A model generated the notes under the pieces. That model did not search any database. It saw only the letters and a program-made list of their open reading frames with translations, and was not told where the DNA came from. Shown piece after piece: positions 12,401 to 27,400 of a DNA stretch of 64,000 nucleotides. Source of the stretch: Mustelus asterias (lineage: Eukaryota); assembly GCF_964213995.1 (NCBI RefSeq), contig NC_135817.1, positions 53,320,001-53,384,000 of the forward strand, given 5' to 3'. Made by a program: the position numbers and the translations under genes. The first letter of the stretch is position 1, and each line of letters opens with the position of its first letter.

Positions 12401-15400
12401 AAGAGGATAACCAGGGAAAGAGTGGGGTTAATTAAGGACCAAGGAAAAAATTTGTGGGTGAAGGCTGAGGATATTGGTAGAGTGTTAAACAAATATTTCA
12501 CATCTGTCTTCACCCATGAGAAGGTAGTTTTGGAACTCGGAGAGAGAGACTGTGAGGCTCGAGAGGAAATTATCATAGGGAGTGACACGGTATTGGCTGG
12601 CATAAAGTGGACAAATCTCCAGGTCCGGATGAATTGTGTCCCAGGCTGTTGTGGGAGGCGAGGGAGCAAATTGCAGGGGCTCTGACCCAAATTTTTAATT
12701 CCTCTCTGGCCACCGGGGAGGTCATGATGTGGAGATGCCGGCGTTGGACTGGGGTAAACACAGTAAGAAGTCTAACAACACCAGGTTAAAGTCCAACTCC
12801 CGGGGAGGTGCCAGAAGCTTGGAGAATAGCTAATGTGGTCCCACTATTTACGAAAGGTTATAGAGACAAGCCAGGGAACCACAGACCAGTGAGTCTCACG
12901 TCTGTGGTTGGAAAGCTACTGGAGAAGATTCTGAAGGAGAGAATCTATCTCCATTTAGCGAGGCAAGGTTTAATCGGGGATAGTCAGAATGGTTTTGTCA
13001 GAGGGATGTCATGTCTAACACATTTGATTGAATTTTTTGAGCATGTAACTAAGTGTGTAGATGAGGATAGTTTGGTTGATGTAGTTTACATGGATTTCAG
13101 CAAAGCCTTTGACAAAGTCCCTCATGGGAGACTTATTAAGGAGGTGAATTCACATGGGATACAGGGTGATCTGATAAGGTGGATTCATAATTGGCTTAGC
13201 GGTAGGAGACAGAGGGTGATGACAGACGGCTGCTTTAGTGACTGGAGGCCAGTGACCAGTGGCGTACCACAGGGATGCGTGCTGGGCCCCCTATTGTTTG
13301 TCATTGATATAAATGACATGGATGACTATGTGGGGGGTAGGATCAGTAAGCTTGCCGATAACACAAAGATTGGCTGGGTGGTTAACAGTGAAGTTGAGTG
13401 TCTTGGGTTACAGGAAGCTACAGAGGAGGTGGTCAAATGGGCAGATAAGTAACAGATGGAATTTAACCGTGAAAAGTGTGAGGTGATGCAGTTTGGAAGG
13501 AGTAATTTGACAATGTAGTACACAATGAAAGGTTTGACACTGGGAAGTTCCAAAGAACAAAGGGACCTTGGCATGTTTGTCCATAGATCTCTGAAGGCGG
13601 AAAGGCAGGTTAATAGGGTGGTGAAAATGGCACACGGCACACTCGCCTTTATCAATCGGGGTGTAGATTAAAAAAGCAGGGAGGTCATGATGGAGTTGTA
13701 TAGAACTTTGGTGAGGTCACAGCTGGAGTACTGTGTGCAGTTCTGGTCACCACATTATAGGAAGGACATGATCGCACTGGAGGGGATGCAGAGGAGATTC
13801 ACCAGGATGTTGCTTGGAATGGAATATTTAAGTTATAAAGAGAGGTTGGATAGGCTTGAGTTGTTTTCTCTGGAGCAGAGAAGACTGAGGGGTGACCTGA
13901 TTGAGGTGTTCAAGATTATGAAGGGCATGGACAGGGTGGATAAGGAGCAGCTGTTCCCCTTAGTTGAAGGGTCAGTTATGAGGGGACACAGTTAAAAGTG
14001 AGGGGTGGGAGGTTTAGGGGGGATTTGAGGAAAAACGTTTTTACCCAGAGGGTGGTGACGGTCTGGAATGCACTGCCCGGGAGGGTGGTGGAGGCGGGAT
14101 GCCTCACATCCTTTAAAAAGTACCTGGATGAGTACTTGGCAAGCCATAACATTCAAGGCTATGGGCCAAGTGCTGGCAAGTGGGATTAGTTGGGCAGGTC
14201 AGGGCCTTTCATGCGTCGGTGCAGACTCGATGGGCTGAAGGGCCTCTTCTGCACTGCAGTACTCTGTGATTCTGTGCTACTCCACAGTTGAGGACAGTCA
14301 GGTGTCCAGGGCATCAGGTTTTCCACCATTGCTCATTTCCCTACAGTGCAAGAGGTCACTTTCACACTCATGTGACCATTCGAGCTCCCTGGGATTAGCC
14401 AGCGGTTTTGTTTCGAGTCACAAGCGCTTTCACCCTTTGTGCAACCACAGACAAAGGGGTCCTGAGTGTCTGTGCTTGTTTCCCAGAAACCTCATGACTC
14501 ATATGATGTGTGTAACTCGCAGCTTTTTGAGGCCCCGGCCCAGGTTGACATGGAATCCACCCATGAATGCTCCTGCCTTGTAATGACACCTGCCTCCTGT
14601 GCACGCCACTGGTACTTTAAATAGAATCGTGTAGGAGCAGGCTCCTGATGGGAGAGCAGAAGACTTGCCCATTTCTGGTCCTGCTGTCGAGAAGTTTTCT
14701 TTTGGATTAATTCTGTTTCCAAGATCAAGTAGACAACTGTAGCTAAGAGAGTTGAATCAGCAACTTTCTCTTAACGGCCCCGACATTCAGACAGTGGAAA
14801 ACGGAGTGATTTGCTTTGGATTGCTCCTGACCTATGTTCAGATACTGCGAGAGAGAATGTAGCTGAGCTCGGGAATGGGAATCAAACCTGTTTTCCTTTG
14901 TGCATGGAGTCACCTCAGTAAATTCATGACTTCTATGCAATAGATATATATTGAGGTGGTGTGGGAGATTTTGAAGTAAGTGGTCAGTAGTGTTATTTCC
15001 TGTGAGAGCTATTCTTGGAGAGACAAAAGTTAGTGAGTTCTGCATAACATGGTTCCAATTTGCTCACATTCAGGCCTCCATGTGGCTCGACAAGACCAAC
15101 CAAGTGTGTTTGTACTGATTTGTAACGACCAATCAGGGAAGCAGATGGGGAGAGGAGATGAATCCATTCGGGTTAGCATCTTCAACAAGAAGAATAAAGA
15201 ATGGTGAGTACTTTGTGCAAGTTAACTGTGCTGTAAACTAATGTTTGACACAATGTAACCATTTTGTTTAAGATCAGCTTGGGGCTATTGGTCAGCTGGT
15301 TAACCCCTTCAGTGAAATTTAATGCTCCCCTGGTGGCACTACTGAGCTTTGAAGTGGTTCTGGCCTCCGGTTGGCTGACAGCTCTTGCAGAGGCGGGAGG

Positions 15401-18400
15401 ATGGGCTTTGAACTTGGGAAAGGCCCACCACTATTCAGTAAGTGCCAGTTTGGAAATGAATGGTGGGGTGGGGGGCCTTCCCAGAAAGAAACATGTGGGG
15501 CTCTCACCTGTTCTCCAAACGACATGGCGAGAGAGATCCCTGTCACCTATATTAAATTCCACCCCCAGTTTGCTCATTTATTTACAATGTGGTGCTAATC
15601 ACGCCAAGGTGGTGGGTTTGATTCCCGTTCTGGCCAAGCGCTTGTATCTGAGTGAGTAAATCTGATTCTATTATTCAGCATCCAATTTTTCTTCAAAGCA
15701 TATATGCGCTAGAAACTAAGTTCAAAAGTTTATTTAATTGCTGTCCATAAAGCACAATTCCTGTACTAATTCTTTTGAAATTCACCTTTCCAATAATTCA
15801 TAGAAGTAAATATTTAGTTGTCAGATTTTTTTTCTGAAGCAGGGGGATTTCTGCTGCTTTGAATATGTTTGTGTTCTATCTGATTTTCTGAAACTATAGG
15901 TACTTCTGCATCGAAAGCTACCATTTGCCGCATCATTATTTCACTAAGATATTTCTGATTTTGTATGGATGTGTTTGTTATCTATTGTTGGTAAGCGCCA
16001 GAATCAACAATTCATCAGCTTTCTCCTGATCCTGCCACATCCTGCCACACTTTGAGCAAGTATAAGACAACATTTATATATGGCATAGATAATCAGTCTA
16101 ACTTATAGAGAGGAGCTTTACAGTTATTCATCTGTTTTTTAAAATTTCCCAGTAACAATTAAAAAATGTGCTCCTTTACAAATCTTAGTTTGCCTCTCAA
16201 AGGTGCAAGTCGCAGATAATCCCTCATAATGCATCTACTCCTGAATCCTTTGAAAACAGTCAATTTACATAAATGGTCAAAGCTGTTTACTTGAAAGATA
16301 TTTCCTGATGTAATTGTTCTCAAATTCTTTTGAGTAGTTTTTTTATATATAGCCGCTAATCTTCCTAAACATTCTCCTGGTACTAAAATTAGTTCTTCTG
16401 CCTATGTTTATTGTACTGGGTGTTTAAAATATATTTTTATGGTGCTATCATTCCAATCATTATTTTTCTTGTTCAGGCATGTCTTGTAGTTCAAACTGAA
16501 GCATTAAAAGCAGAAGATAAACAATATTTTTGTCTCCTTCAAATGCCTTGCTCTTTGTCTGGACGTTTCTGAAGATTCCTTCATTAGATCATGAGAATTG
16601 GATATTGCTAGATAAGAAAAGACCAAGATTTAACTAACTTGTCTTCCACTGTACTGGCAGTCACATGACACAATAATGATGGAGGTTATATTTATCATGG
16701 CAAGCTTCTATCAATTACTCTAGATCAGACCCAGACCTGCAGGCCAAAAGGTTACCCAATAGTGGGAAGCTTTAAAAATCATGGATCCAAATTCACCAAG
16801 GCTGTGCTGGCACATGACACCTTTCTAAACTAAAGATCTTTTGCCTCTATGCAGTCTGTATCCCTCTATTCTCTGCCAATTCATGTATCTGTCAAGATGC
16901 CTCTTAAACGTTGCTATTGTATCTGCTTCTATCACCTTCTCTGGTAGTTATTTCCAGGCACTCACCACCCTCTGTGTTGACTTGTCTCTCGCATCTTGCT
17001 TAAACTTTCCTTCTTTTACCTTAAAACCATGTCCCCTAGTAATTGACATTTCTACCCTGGGAAAAAGACTCCGACTAATCCTTTCTATCCATGCCTCTTA
17101 CACTTTTGTAAACCTCTATCGGGTCGCCCCTTCAGCCTCCGTGAACTTGCCATCTGTCATGCTACTCATGTTAAAGAATTAAAGAATTGGATGAACTACT
17201 GTATTTGCAATTTATGGTGGGAGTAACAGCTGGAAATATTGAACTAATGCTTAAGGAGTCTTCTGCGTTACATATTGCAAGTAGACTGGTTGCTCACCTT
17301 ACATTTTGAGACAGAGAAACTCTGGAATGTGTTGTGTGCATACCTTGGTAGTAATTCATTTTTCAATTGAATGAAAATATTTATGGTGAATATTTTGGTC
17401 CTCTTTCATACAGCACTCTCAAGACCAAACTGCAGGACAATCATGACGGAACATATTGTTTTACATACACTCCGCGTGCACCGGGCTCATATGTGGGATG
17501 TGTGTGTGTAAAGGGACAACATGTACAGGTCAGTTAACAAAGGATGGAGGTCGAAAGGGTGGCAATTCGCACAGTGGGCAGGAATTTACGTCCTCACTCA
17601 TCCCGAAACCGTGAAATCCTGCCCAAGGTCAATGGACCTTTCCATGGTCCGCCCTTGCCTGCTCCAATTCCCGTGGTGGGCAGGGCGGTAAAATTCCAGC
17701 CTATGTCTTTGGGATCTGGGCTTGAATACGTGCTTTAAAAATAATTTTTTCTGGGATGTTGGGGCTGATGGCAGGACCAGTATTTGTTGCCCATCACTGA
17801 TTGTCCTTGAATTGAATGGGGTGCTTGGTTATTTGCAGAGGACTGTTAAGAGTCAGCCACATTGCTGTGGATCTGGAGTCATACGTAGACCAGAACAGAT
17901 AAGGATGGGAGACTTCCTTCCCAAAAGCACATTAATGAACCTGATGGATTTTTGTGGTCACCATCACTGAGACCAGCTTTCAATTCCAGATTTTATTACT
18001 TAAATTCCGCCAGCTGCTGTGGTGGGATTTGAATCCATGCCTCCAGAGCATTAGCCTGAGCCTCTGGATTACTGGGCCGTGATGTTATCAATACATCACC
18101 ATCTCCCCCTAAATAGCATAGTTAAAATGGATTTCCTCTGATTCTTGAAATGGCCTGGTTGCCACTGATCACCAAAAGATTTATGTTAGAATGCATTCAC
18201 ATGATCACTGTAAAATGCACATTTCTGATACACATTTGCTAACAAAATTCTCCAGGGACTCGATCTGAAACGGTGTTGTTTCAGGATTGGTTATGGCACT
18301 GGGTGTATGGTACATGCTATTTCTTTGACCATAGCTGGATTATTTCACAGCATTGCAATCTTTGCAGCCACCTCACTCCTTTTTTAAAACCCTTTCATAG

Positions 18401-21400
18401 GAGTGTGTATCACTGTCTAGGCCAGCATTTGTTTACCCATCTCTAACTGCCCTTGAGAAGGCGGTGGTGAACTGCCTTCTTGAACCGCTGCAGTCCCTGT
18501 GGTTTAGGTACACCCACAGTGCTGATAGAGAGGGAGTTTTAGGAATTTGACTCAGCAACAGGGAAGGAACGGTGATATATTTCCAAGTTGGGATGGTGAG
18601 TGACTTGGAGTGGAACCTCCAGGTGATGGTGTTCCCATGCATCTGCTATGGATGTTGATAATGGGGGATTCAGTGCTGGCAATGTTAATGAATGTCAAGG
18701 GGAGATGGTTGCATTCTCTTTCATTGGAAATGGTCATTGACTGGCACTTGAGGTATGAAGATTACTTGCCACTTACCAGACCAAGCCTGGATGCTGGCCA
18801 GATCTTGCTGCATTTGCACATGGACTGCTTCAGTATCTGAGGAGTCTTGAATGGTGCTGAACATTGTACAATCATCAGTGAACATCCCCACTTATGATAG
18901 ACGCAAGGTCGTTGATGCAGTGGCTGAAAGTGGTCGAGACAATCTGCTGAGGAACTCCTGCCTGATGTCCTGGGAAGAGGAAATTCACCTCCAACAACCA
19001 CATCCATTATCCTTTGTGCTAGGGATGACTCCAAACAGCAGAGAATTTTCCCCTGATTCCCATTGACTCCCATTTTGCTAGGGCTCTTTGATGTGACACT
19101 CGGTCAAAGGCTGCCTTGATGTCAAGGGGAGTCACTCTCACCTCACCTGTGGAGTTCAGCTCTTCTGTTCGTGTTTGGACTAAGGCTGTCAAAAGGTCAG
19201 GAGCTGAATGGCTCTGCTGGAATCCAAACTGAGCATCAGTAAGTAAGTGCCACTTGCTAGCACTGTTGACAACCCCTACCATCACTTTCCTGATGATTGA
19301 GAATCGACAAGTGGGGCGTTAATTGGCTGGATTGGATTTGTATTGCTTTTTGAATGCAGCACGTACCTGGGCAATTTTCCATATTGCTGGGTAGAGGTCA
19401 GTGTTGTAGCTGCACTGGAACATCTTGGCTTGGGGCACAGCTAGTTTTGAAACACAACTCTTTAGTTCTATTTCTGGAATGTCGTCAGTGCCCATAACCT
19501 TTGTAGTATCCAGTGACTTCAGCAGTTTCTTGATATCGAGCGGGATTTTGTAGACGTTCCCACCAGCAGGTTCTCCTTGTCCCACTGAGGGGCAATTAAA
19601 CCCCTGGGTCGATTAAAATTCCCATCTTTATCAATTTTAATGAGTAAAAAAGAACAGGAACAGCACTTTTTATTCTCATCTACTTTCTCAGTAAGTGAAC
19701 TAAGATGGAAATTTTTGTCTGAGGAGGCTTATACTGATCAATATTTGGATCAATCAACAACAGTTCGGAACATTAGAAAGATCAAGAACAGAATGTTATT
19801 GGGAGCAGGTTCCAAGATGCTGCAAGTCCCAGTGATGGTGACCCTTCTCCGCCACCACGGGCAGGGGTGCAGAAAATTCCACCTTGCATGTGGAGTGAAT
19901 AAAATTTCTGAAGACTTGTATCTGTGATGCTGGAGATCTCAAGAGGAGGAGGCTGAAATGGATCATCCACTCAGCACTTCTGGCTGAAGATGGTTGCAAA
20001 TGCTTCAGCCTTATTTCCTGATTTGCTGGATTATTCCATCATTGAGGATGGGGATATTTGTGGAGCCATTATGTCTCGTTAGTTGTTTAATTGCCCGTTA
20101 CCATGTTAAAAGAGCGGACAACATATAAATGCTCCCGTATCGATGTGACTTGATAACTTGCAGCATCTTGGAACCTGCTCCCAATAGCATTCTGTTCTTG
20201 ATCTTTCTAATGTTCCAAACTGCTGTTGATTGATCCAAATATTGATCAGTATAAGCCTCCTCAGACAAAAATTTCCATCTTAGTTCACTTACTGAGAAAG
20301 TAGATGAGAATCAAAAGTGCTGTTCCTGTTCTATTTTACTCATTAAAATTGATAAAGATGGGAATTTTAATCGAGCCAGAGGTTTAATTTGAATAGATTG
20401 GTTCACATGTTAACATTGCATTAAACAGCAGAGAGGGATGTATTCAATAACCTACTTCAAATGGTTAATGCCTGCACTACAATAATGTAGTCAGTAAATT
20501 AATACACTAACCAGTGATCTATAAATCTAATTCCCCAGTCTCGTACACCCCGCTACTGCTGCCAGCGAGAATGGAGAATTTGGCGCTCTGCCAAATCTCC
20601 ATTCACTGCAGCGGGAACAAAGAATCCCAGCCGCTGGTGTGGTTGGAGAATTCCAGCCAATGTATAGGGTAGTTAAATCTCTGGTTTCTAAAATGACTTC
20701 ATTCATAAAATGCCAGACAATATATTTTATCAACTGTTAACAACCTTAAGTAAAAGCGTTTTTAATTAAGGGCTGATGTTCCAATTCTACCGACTCTGCT
20801 TATTTCTACTTCCGTGGCCTTTCCCTGTGCCAAGACTGCAGGCTAACCTTGCTGAATCTCCTGCCAAGAGTTCCAGAAAACCAGGATCTACTAGGCACGG
20901 ATGCAGCAAAATTTCCCTGATCAATGTAGAAGTTTCTTTGTCAAAGGAGTTTGAGTGGAGGCATGAATTTTGTTATATTTTACTTTCTAGCCCTGTTTGG
21001 GGTTTTCTCAGTGGGGCTTTTGACCAGGGCGTGAGTAGGTAGCCCCAGCAGCCAGTTATCTAACTTGATGCTTTCAAGTCATGATGTTCCAGAGGACTGC
21101 TGCAAAATGAAGGCAAATGTGGCTAATTGCACATTCACATTTATTTTATTGTCCCTGTGATCTGACACCACATGAACAGTAATAGGATGAAAACGTTTTC
21201 TATGTATAAATTATGTGAAAGGCTTGACATATGAGGAACATTTAAGAACTCTAGGGTCTGTACTCAATGGAGATTAGAAGGATGAGGGGGGATCTCATTG
21301 AAGTTTACAGAATACTGAAAGACCTGGATACAGTGGATGTGGGGAAGATGTTTCCATTAGTAGAAGAGACTAGGATCCGAGGGCACAGCCTTAGAGTAAA

Positions 21401-24400
21401 GAGATGACCCTTTAGAATGCGATGAGGAGGAACTCTTTCAGCCAGAGGGTGGCGAATCTATGCAATTCATTGCCACAGAAGGCTGTGGAGGCCAGTTCAT
21501 TGAGTATTTAAGGCAGGGATAAATAGGTTCTTGATTAGTAAGGAGACCAAAGATTACGGGGAAAAGACGGGAGAATGGGGTTGAGAAACTTATCAGCCAT
21601 GATTGAATGACGGAACAGACCAGAGTGGCTTAATTCTGCTCGTATATCTTATGGTCTTATGTGGGTTTTTTTGTGGTATTACTGGCTACACGTGTGTCAT
21701 CAATGAAGCTCAACTTTTGCCAATAAAATGACAGTGAATATATGTCAGAAAAGCAACTCCTCACTCAAGCGCTTCAGCATATCTTGAGGATATGAAAGGC
21801 ATTGCAGAAATGATGTTTATTTCTTTAGAAGCCTCTTGCTACAGCCTCCTTTCCATGTGCAAAATTATCAAGACTTTTGCTTACGTTTTCCAGTGAAAAG
21901 AAGGGTTCAAAGTATATTAGGGAGGTGGGGGAAGGGAAGCAGTAAGGGGCTACTGGGGATCCAGTTGGGAGTGCCAATCACTTTCTCGATGCACCTTCCA
22001 GAATCACTACTACTGTCTCTCTCTGTCTTCTTATCTCTATCCTGTGACATAGTTGGAGTTAAAAATGTTTGAGCTCCGCCACTTCCATTCCCAATTCATC
22101 TCAATTGCATTTTAAGAACCTCACATTCGTTCCCTAGCAGGATACGGATTCAAGCATGTCCTCAATTTATACAATGTGCTCTCTGTTCATCGATTTTTTT
22201 TCAGTATCTCGCACCCCGTTTTGAAATATTCCCTTTCTGCAATCATGCCCTTCTTCAGGTAGAATTCTCAATCACTCGAGGATTACCAGGCTGTAGATTA
22301 TGCCACACTTTTGCTCTGAGGGCAGGGGGAGGATGCGAGCCCCAAGTCTACCTCAGCTGAAGTACGGATTGAACATGCTCACCATCTAACCAAGTGAGCT
22401 AACGGACCCTTCCAATCGCGTCCTTCAGTTGCTGTATCTCACACTTCTGCAAGTGTTTAACTTCCCTTTATGGTCTCTGCACTGACTTTTGAGTTACTTT
22501 CTCTAATAAATCGAATTTCTCAGTAACGCCCCTACCATACCAAGAACAGAAAATTGACTCTGAACCCAACTAAACTTGGGTTAGTTCTTGTTATTCTTTG
22601 AATCATTGAGCATGCCTAACAAACATGCAGTGAGTTCCTTGACCTCAGTGGCTCCTCTATTTTGTGGTCTGATTTTCCCCATGTCAACACAAATACTTAT
22701 TGACTTGTTCTCCAACCAATTTTTAATTGATAGTCAAAATAAACTAAAATTATTCATAATTAGTTTTCCATCTACCAGTACCTTGCAGTTACTGCCTAAA
22801 TAATGGATTATAGCATTTTTCCCTATGACCGATGTTTGGCTAACTGGCTTGTAGTTTCCCATTTTCTGTTTCCCTCCTTTCTTGAATAGAGGTGTTATAT
22901 CTTTGATTTTCCAATGGGCTGGGACCTTTCCAGAATCTGGAGAATTTAGGAGGAATATAACCAATGCTGCTCTGCAACCACTTCGTGGTCTGCATCCTAG
23001 GATCATAAAAGAAGTGCTGAAGATCTGTCTGTCTTTAGCTCTGACAGTTTTCCTAGTGATTGTGTTTGTTTTAAGCTCCCCCCTCCCTTTTCTATAGAAC
23101 TATATCACTGTTCTTCCATTGTCACTGTGTCTAAATCCTGAAACTTAACCCTTACCAGTGCTGTGGTGTATCTACATGAACTGCAATGGTTCAAGGAGGT
23201 GGCTCACCACCACCTTCTGAAGAGCAATAAGGGTTTACCGTGGATGCTGATTGCCAGTAATGTCTACGTTGTGTGAACTAATGAGTAAAAATAAGATAGT
23301 GTTCTGAAAATGAATTAATGCTGTGAGACATTATTTGTAACGTCACTGCCTCGACCTCCTGGCTCCAGTATTGGTCCCTTTCTTAAGTTAACTCCAAAGG
23401 AGAGTTTTTTCAGAACTATTTCTTCACTTTGCTCTTGTATAAATCTTAAATAATCTTTCCACCACTTGCTCCTCTTCTATTTGCCTTCAATTATCTGCCT
23501 ATTTTGGTATTTCGCTGTAATTACTTTACGTTTGTGAGATTCATTTAGTTCCCTTATCTTCTGCTAACAGCCTCTGCATCTTATTTATTTCGGTGTATGA
23601 TAAAGGTAACTAAATTTAGATTTAGTGCAAAGTACCAGCAAAAACAGCAGAAGAAGCTAGTAATGTAACAAAATAATGCAGTAAGAAAAGTCAAACATGG
23701 ATTAAGTTGCAAAACTGCAAAAATCCATCAGTTACACCTTTAGAAATCGAAGATCTCAAACCCACTGCAGCTCAGAAATGAGGATGCTCAAATATTATGG
23801 GTTTCATTGTGGGCCATTATTAAATAAAGTTGCCAGCAATTAAGGAAATTAAAAAGGTATGCATATACTCCTAGAGTCACTTAAGTATATAATTCAACTA
23901 AGTTTTGCAAAGCAGGCATTTAAGCCTGATTTTATGAGGCATGTATTAAAATAGCTTTATTATTCTTGGAAAAGAAATGATGAAGGATGACCAATTAGAG
24001 TTCCTTTAAAAATTGTGAAATATTTTGAGAAAGTAAATACAGAGAGATTGCTGCCACTGGTGGGGAAGACCGGAAGTTTGTTTATTTGTCACAAGTAGGG
24101 TTACATTAACACTGCAATGAAGTTACTGTGAAAATCCCCTAGTCGCCACACCCCGGTACCTGTTCGGGTACACTGAGGGAGAATTTAGCATGGACAATGC
24201 ACCTAACCCACACGTCTTCAGGGCTGTGGGAGGAAACCAGAGCACCTGGAGGAAACCCATGCAGACATGGGGAGAACGTGCAGGCTCCGCACAGACAGTG
24301 ACCCAAGCCGGGAATCGAACCCAGGTCCCTGGCGTGTGAGACAGCAGTGCTAGTCACTGCCTACAACTGGAAGCCAGTAATATAAAATAGTCACTAAAGA

Positions 24401-27400
24401 AATTAAACTGGGAATTCGAAAGAAGATGGTGAGAATATTGAACTCGCTATCAAAAAGAGTGGTTCAGGTGGCTAGAATAGATGTATTTAAGAGGAAGTTA
24501 GATAAGATATGGGTGAGAAGGGAATAGAGGATTCATAGAATCATAGAGAATCTACTGCACAGGAGGTCATTCAATCCACCATGCCTGTGCTGGCTGTAAA
24601 ACAACTATCCAACTTAATCCTATTGAAGCTCTTGGTCTATAGCATTGTAGGTTATGGCACTTCATGCACATATCCAAGTACTTCTTAAAATGGGATGAGG
24701 ATTTCTGACTCTACCACTCTTTCAGGCAATGAGTTCTAAATCCTCTGGAGGGGGGGGGGGGGGGGAATATTTTTCCTCAGTTCTCCCCCCACCCTTCAAT
24801 ATTCTCTCTGTCTTTTCAATTTTGTTTAATATTACTTCTAAATAAATATATTAGTTTTAATCTGTTAGCCCAACAGGCTGTACCTTCTTGAAGTGGTTTG
24901 ATATATTGGTTTGCTTGGCCGCTTCAGAGAGCAGTTAAGTCAGCCATGTTGGCGTGAGGCTTGAGTCACATTTAGGCTAGACCGGGTACGCATAGATGTG
25001 ATTTGATTTGATTTGATTTATTATTGTCACATGTATTAACATAGTGAAAAGTATTGTTTCTTGCGTGCTATACAGACAAAACATACTGTTCATAGAGAAG
25101 GAAATGAGAGAGTGTAGAATGTAATGTTACAGTCATAGCTAGGGTGTAGAGACAGATCAACTTAATGCAAGGTGATTTTGTTTCCTAGAATACATCAGAT
25201 GGGTATTTACAATAATCTGACAACCTCATGGTCTCACATTGAGATCTCCAGACTTGAAAGCAAAACGAAAAGATCACGGGAGAATTTTCCCATCCCGCCC
25301 GTCACGGGAATTGTAGTGGGCGGGGAAGCAGACCATACAAAGGTCCATTGACCTCAGGCGGGATTCTCCAGTTTTGGGGTGAGTGGGTCCTGAAAATCCC
25401 ACGTCAAGTTCTTAAATGGCTGTGGTGGGATTTGAACTCTCATTCTCTGGATTACTCGAGTTTTCTAAATTTATGTGATATATATAAATGATTTGGAAGA
25501 AGGTGTAACTGGTGTAATCAGCAAGTTTGCGGATGACACGAAGATGGCTGGACTTGCGGATAGCGAAGAGCATTGTCGGGCAATACAGCAGGATATAGAT
25601 AGGCTGGAAAATTGGGCGGAGAGGTGGCAGATGGAGTTTAATCCGGATAAATGCGAAGTGATGCATTTTGGAAGAAATAATGTAGGGAGGAGTTATACAA
25701 TAAATGGCAGAGTCATCAGGAGTATAGAAACACAGAGGGACCTAGGTGTGCAAGTCCACAAATCCTTGAAGGTGGCAACACAGGTGGAGAAGGTGGTGAA
25801 GAAGGCATATGGTATGCTTGCCTTTATAGGACGGGGTATAGAGTATAAAAGCTGGAGTCTGATGATGCAGCTGTATAGATCGCTGGTTAGGCCACATTTG
25901 GAGTACTGCGTCCAGTTCTGGTCGCCGCACTACCAGAAGGACGTGGAGGCGTTAGAGAGAGTGCAGAGAAGGTTTATCAGGATGTTGCCTGGTATGGAGG
26001 GTCTTAGCTATGAGGAGAGATTGGGTAAACTGGGGTTGTTCTCCCAGGGAAGACGGAGAATGAGGGGAGATCTAATAGAGGTGTACAAGATTATGAAGGG
26101 TATAGATAGGGTGAATAGTGGGAAGCTTTTTCCCAGGTCGGAGGTGACGATCACGAGGGGTCACGGGCTCAAGGTGAGAGGGGCGAAGTATAACTCAGAT
26201 ATCAGAGGGACGTTTTTTACACAGAGGGTGGTGGGGGCCTGGAATGCGCTGCCAAGTAGGGTGGTGGAGGCAGGCACACTGACATCGTTTAAGACTTACC
26301 TGGATAGTCACATGAGCAGCCTGGGAATGGAGGGATACAAACGATTGGTCTAGTTGGACCAAGGAGCGGCACAGGCTTGGAGGGCCGAAGGGCCTGTTTT
26401 CTGTGCTGTACTGTTCTTTGTTCTTTTGTTCTTTATGATTAAGGTGACTTAAAAACATCACTACTGTAACACAGGTATTATAAATATGATTCTGACAAAG
26501 AGTCATCCAGAAACGTTGGCTCTGTTCTCTCTTCACAGATACTGTCAGACCTGCTGAGATTTTCCAGCATTTTCTGTTTTTGTATTATAAATATGACTTG
26601 GAGAGGCCACAATATTATTGTGATTGAAACTTGCTCTTCCATAGAGCAGCTGTACATTGGGTCACTTCTGTGTAATAGAGGGGATAATTTTTAGTAAAAA
26701 ATAAATATTTTATTTGTTTTGCTATTGTGCATTTGCACTTAATTGTAAAAATATATATTGTTAATTCAACATACTTTAACTACAATGTAACCTGAATAAG
26801 CTGCTGCTGTTTTTCCAGGGATCTCCATTCACTATAACAGTCACAAGCAAATTCCGGAAGCACTCTGGTATATTCCATTGCTGCACGTTCTGTTCTAGCG
26901 CTGGACAAAAAGATGTTCGTTGTGGCTGCAGAGGCACAATGCCTGGTGAGTTTAATAGAAAAACTCTTGCATATATTGTTCCATTTAAGGAAAAAAGGCA
27001 GTGAAGGATAAAACTGGAGGCTAATTTTTTACACAGTTTAAACTTTATTTATAGAGACAGAAAATTACAAACACACACCTCCAAATTCAACAACCACACT
27101 TCTCAGTGTCTTCAAATACAGAGAAGCACAAGTGAAGTTAATGCTCATCATCCAAATATAATACACTCAATTAATATACAAATTAACTATAATAGCCCAA
27201 ATGACTTTTTGGATGTATCTTAATTTACAGTTGTCATTGACAGCCTTTCTCGTAAGTAAGTCAGCTCAGTGACCAAATTTTAACCCTTAATGGACAATAA
27301 ATAAAATATTGATTTTCAAGTTTACTAAAGAACAGCAGATTTGGCTGTCCAACAGCCCAAAGAAATAATGTTTAGAAAGAGAGAAATTAGAAATGGCGCA

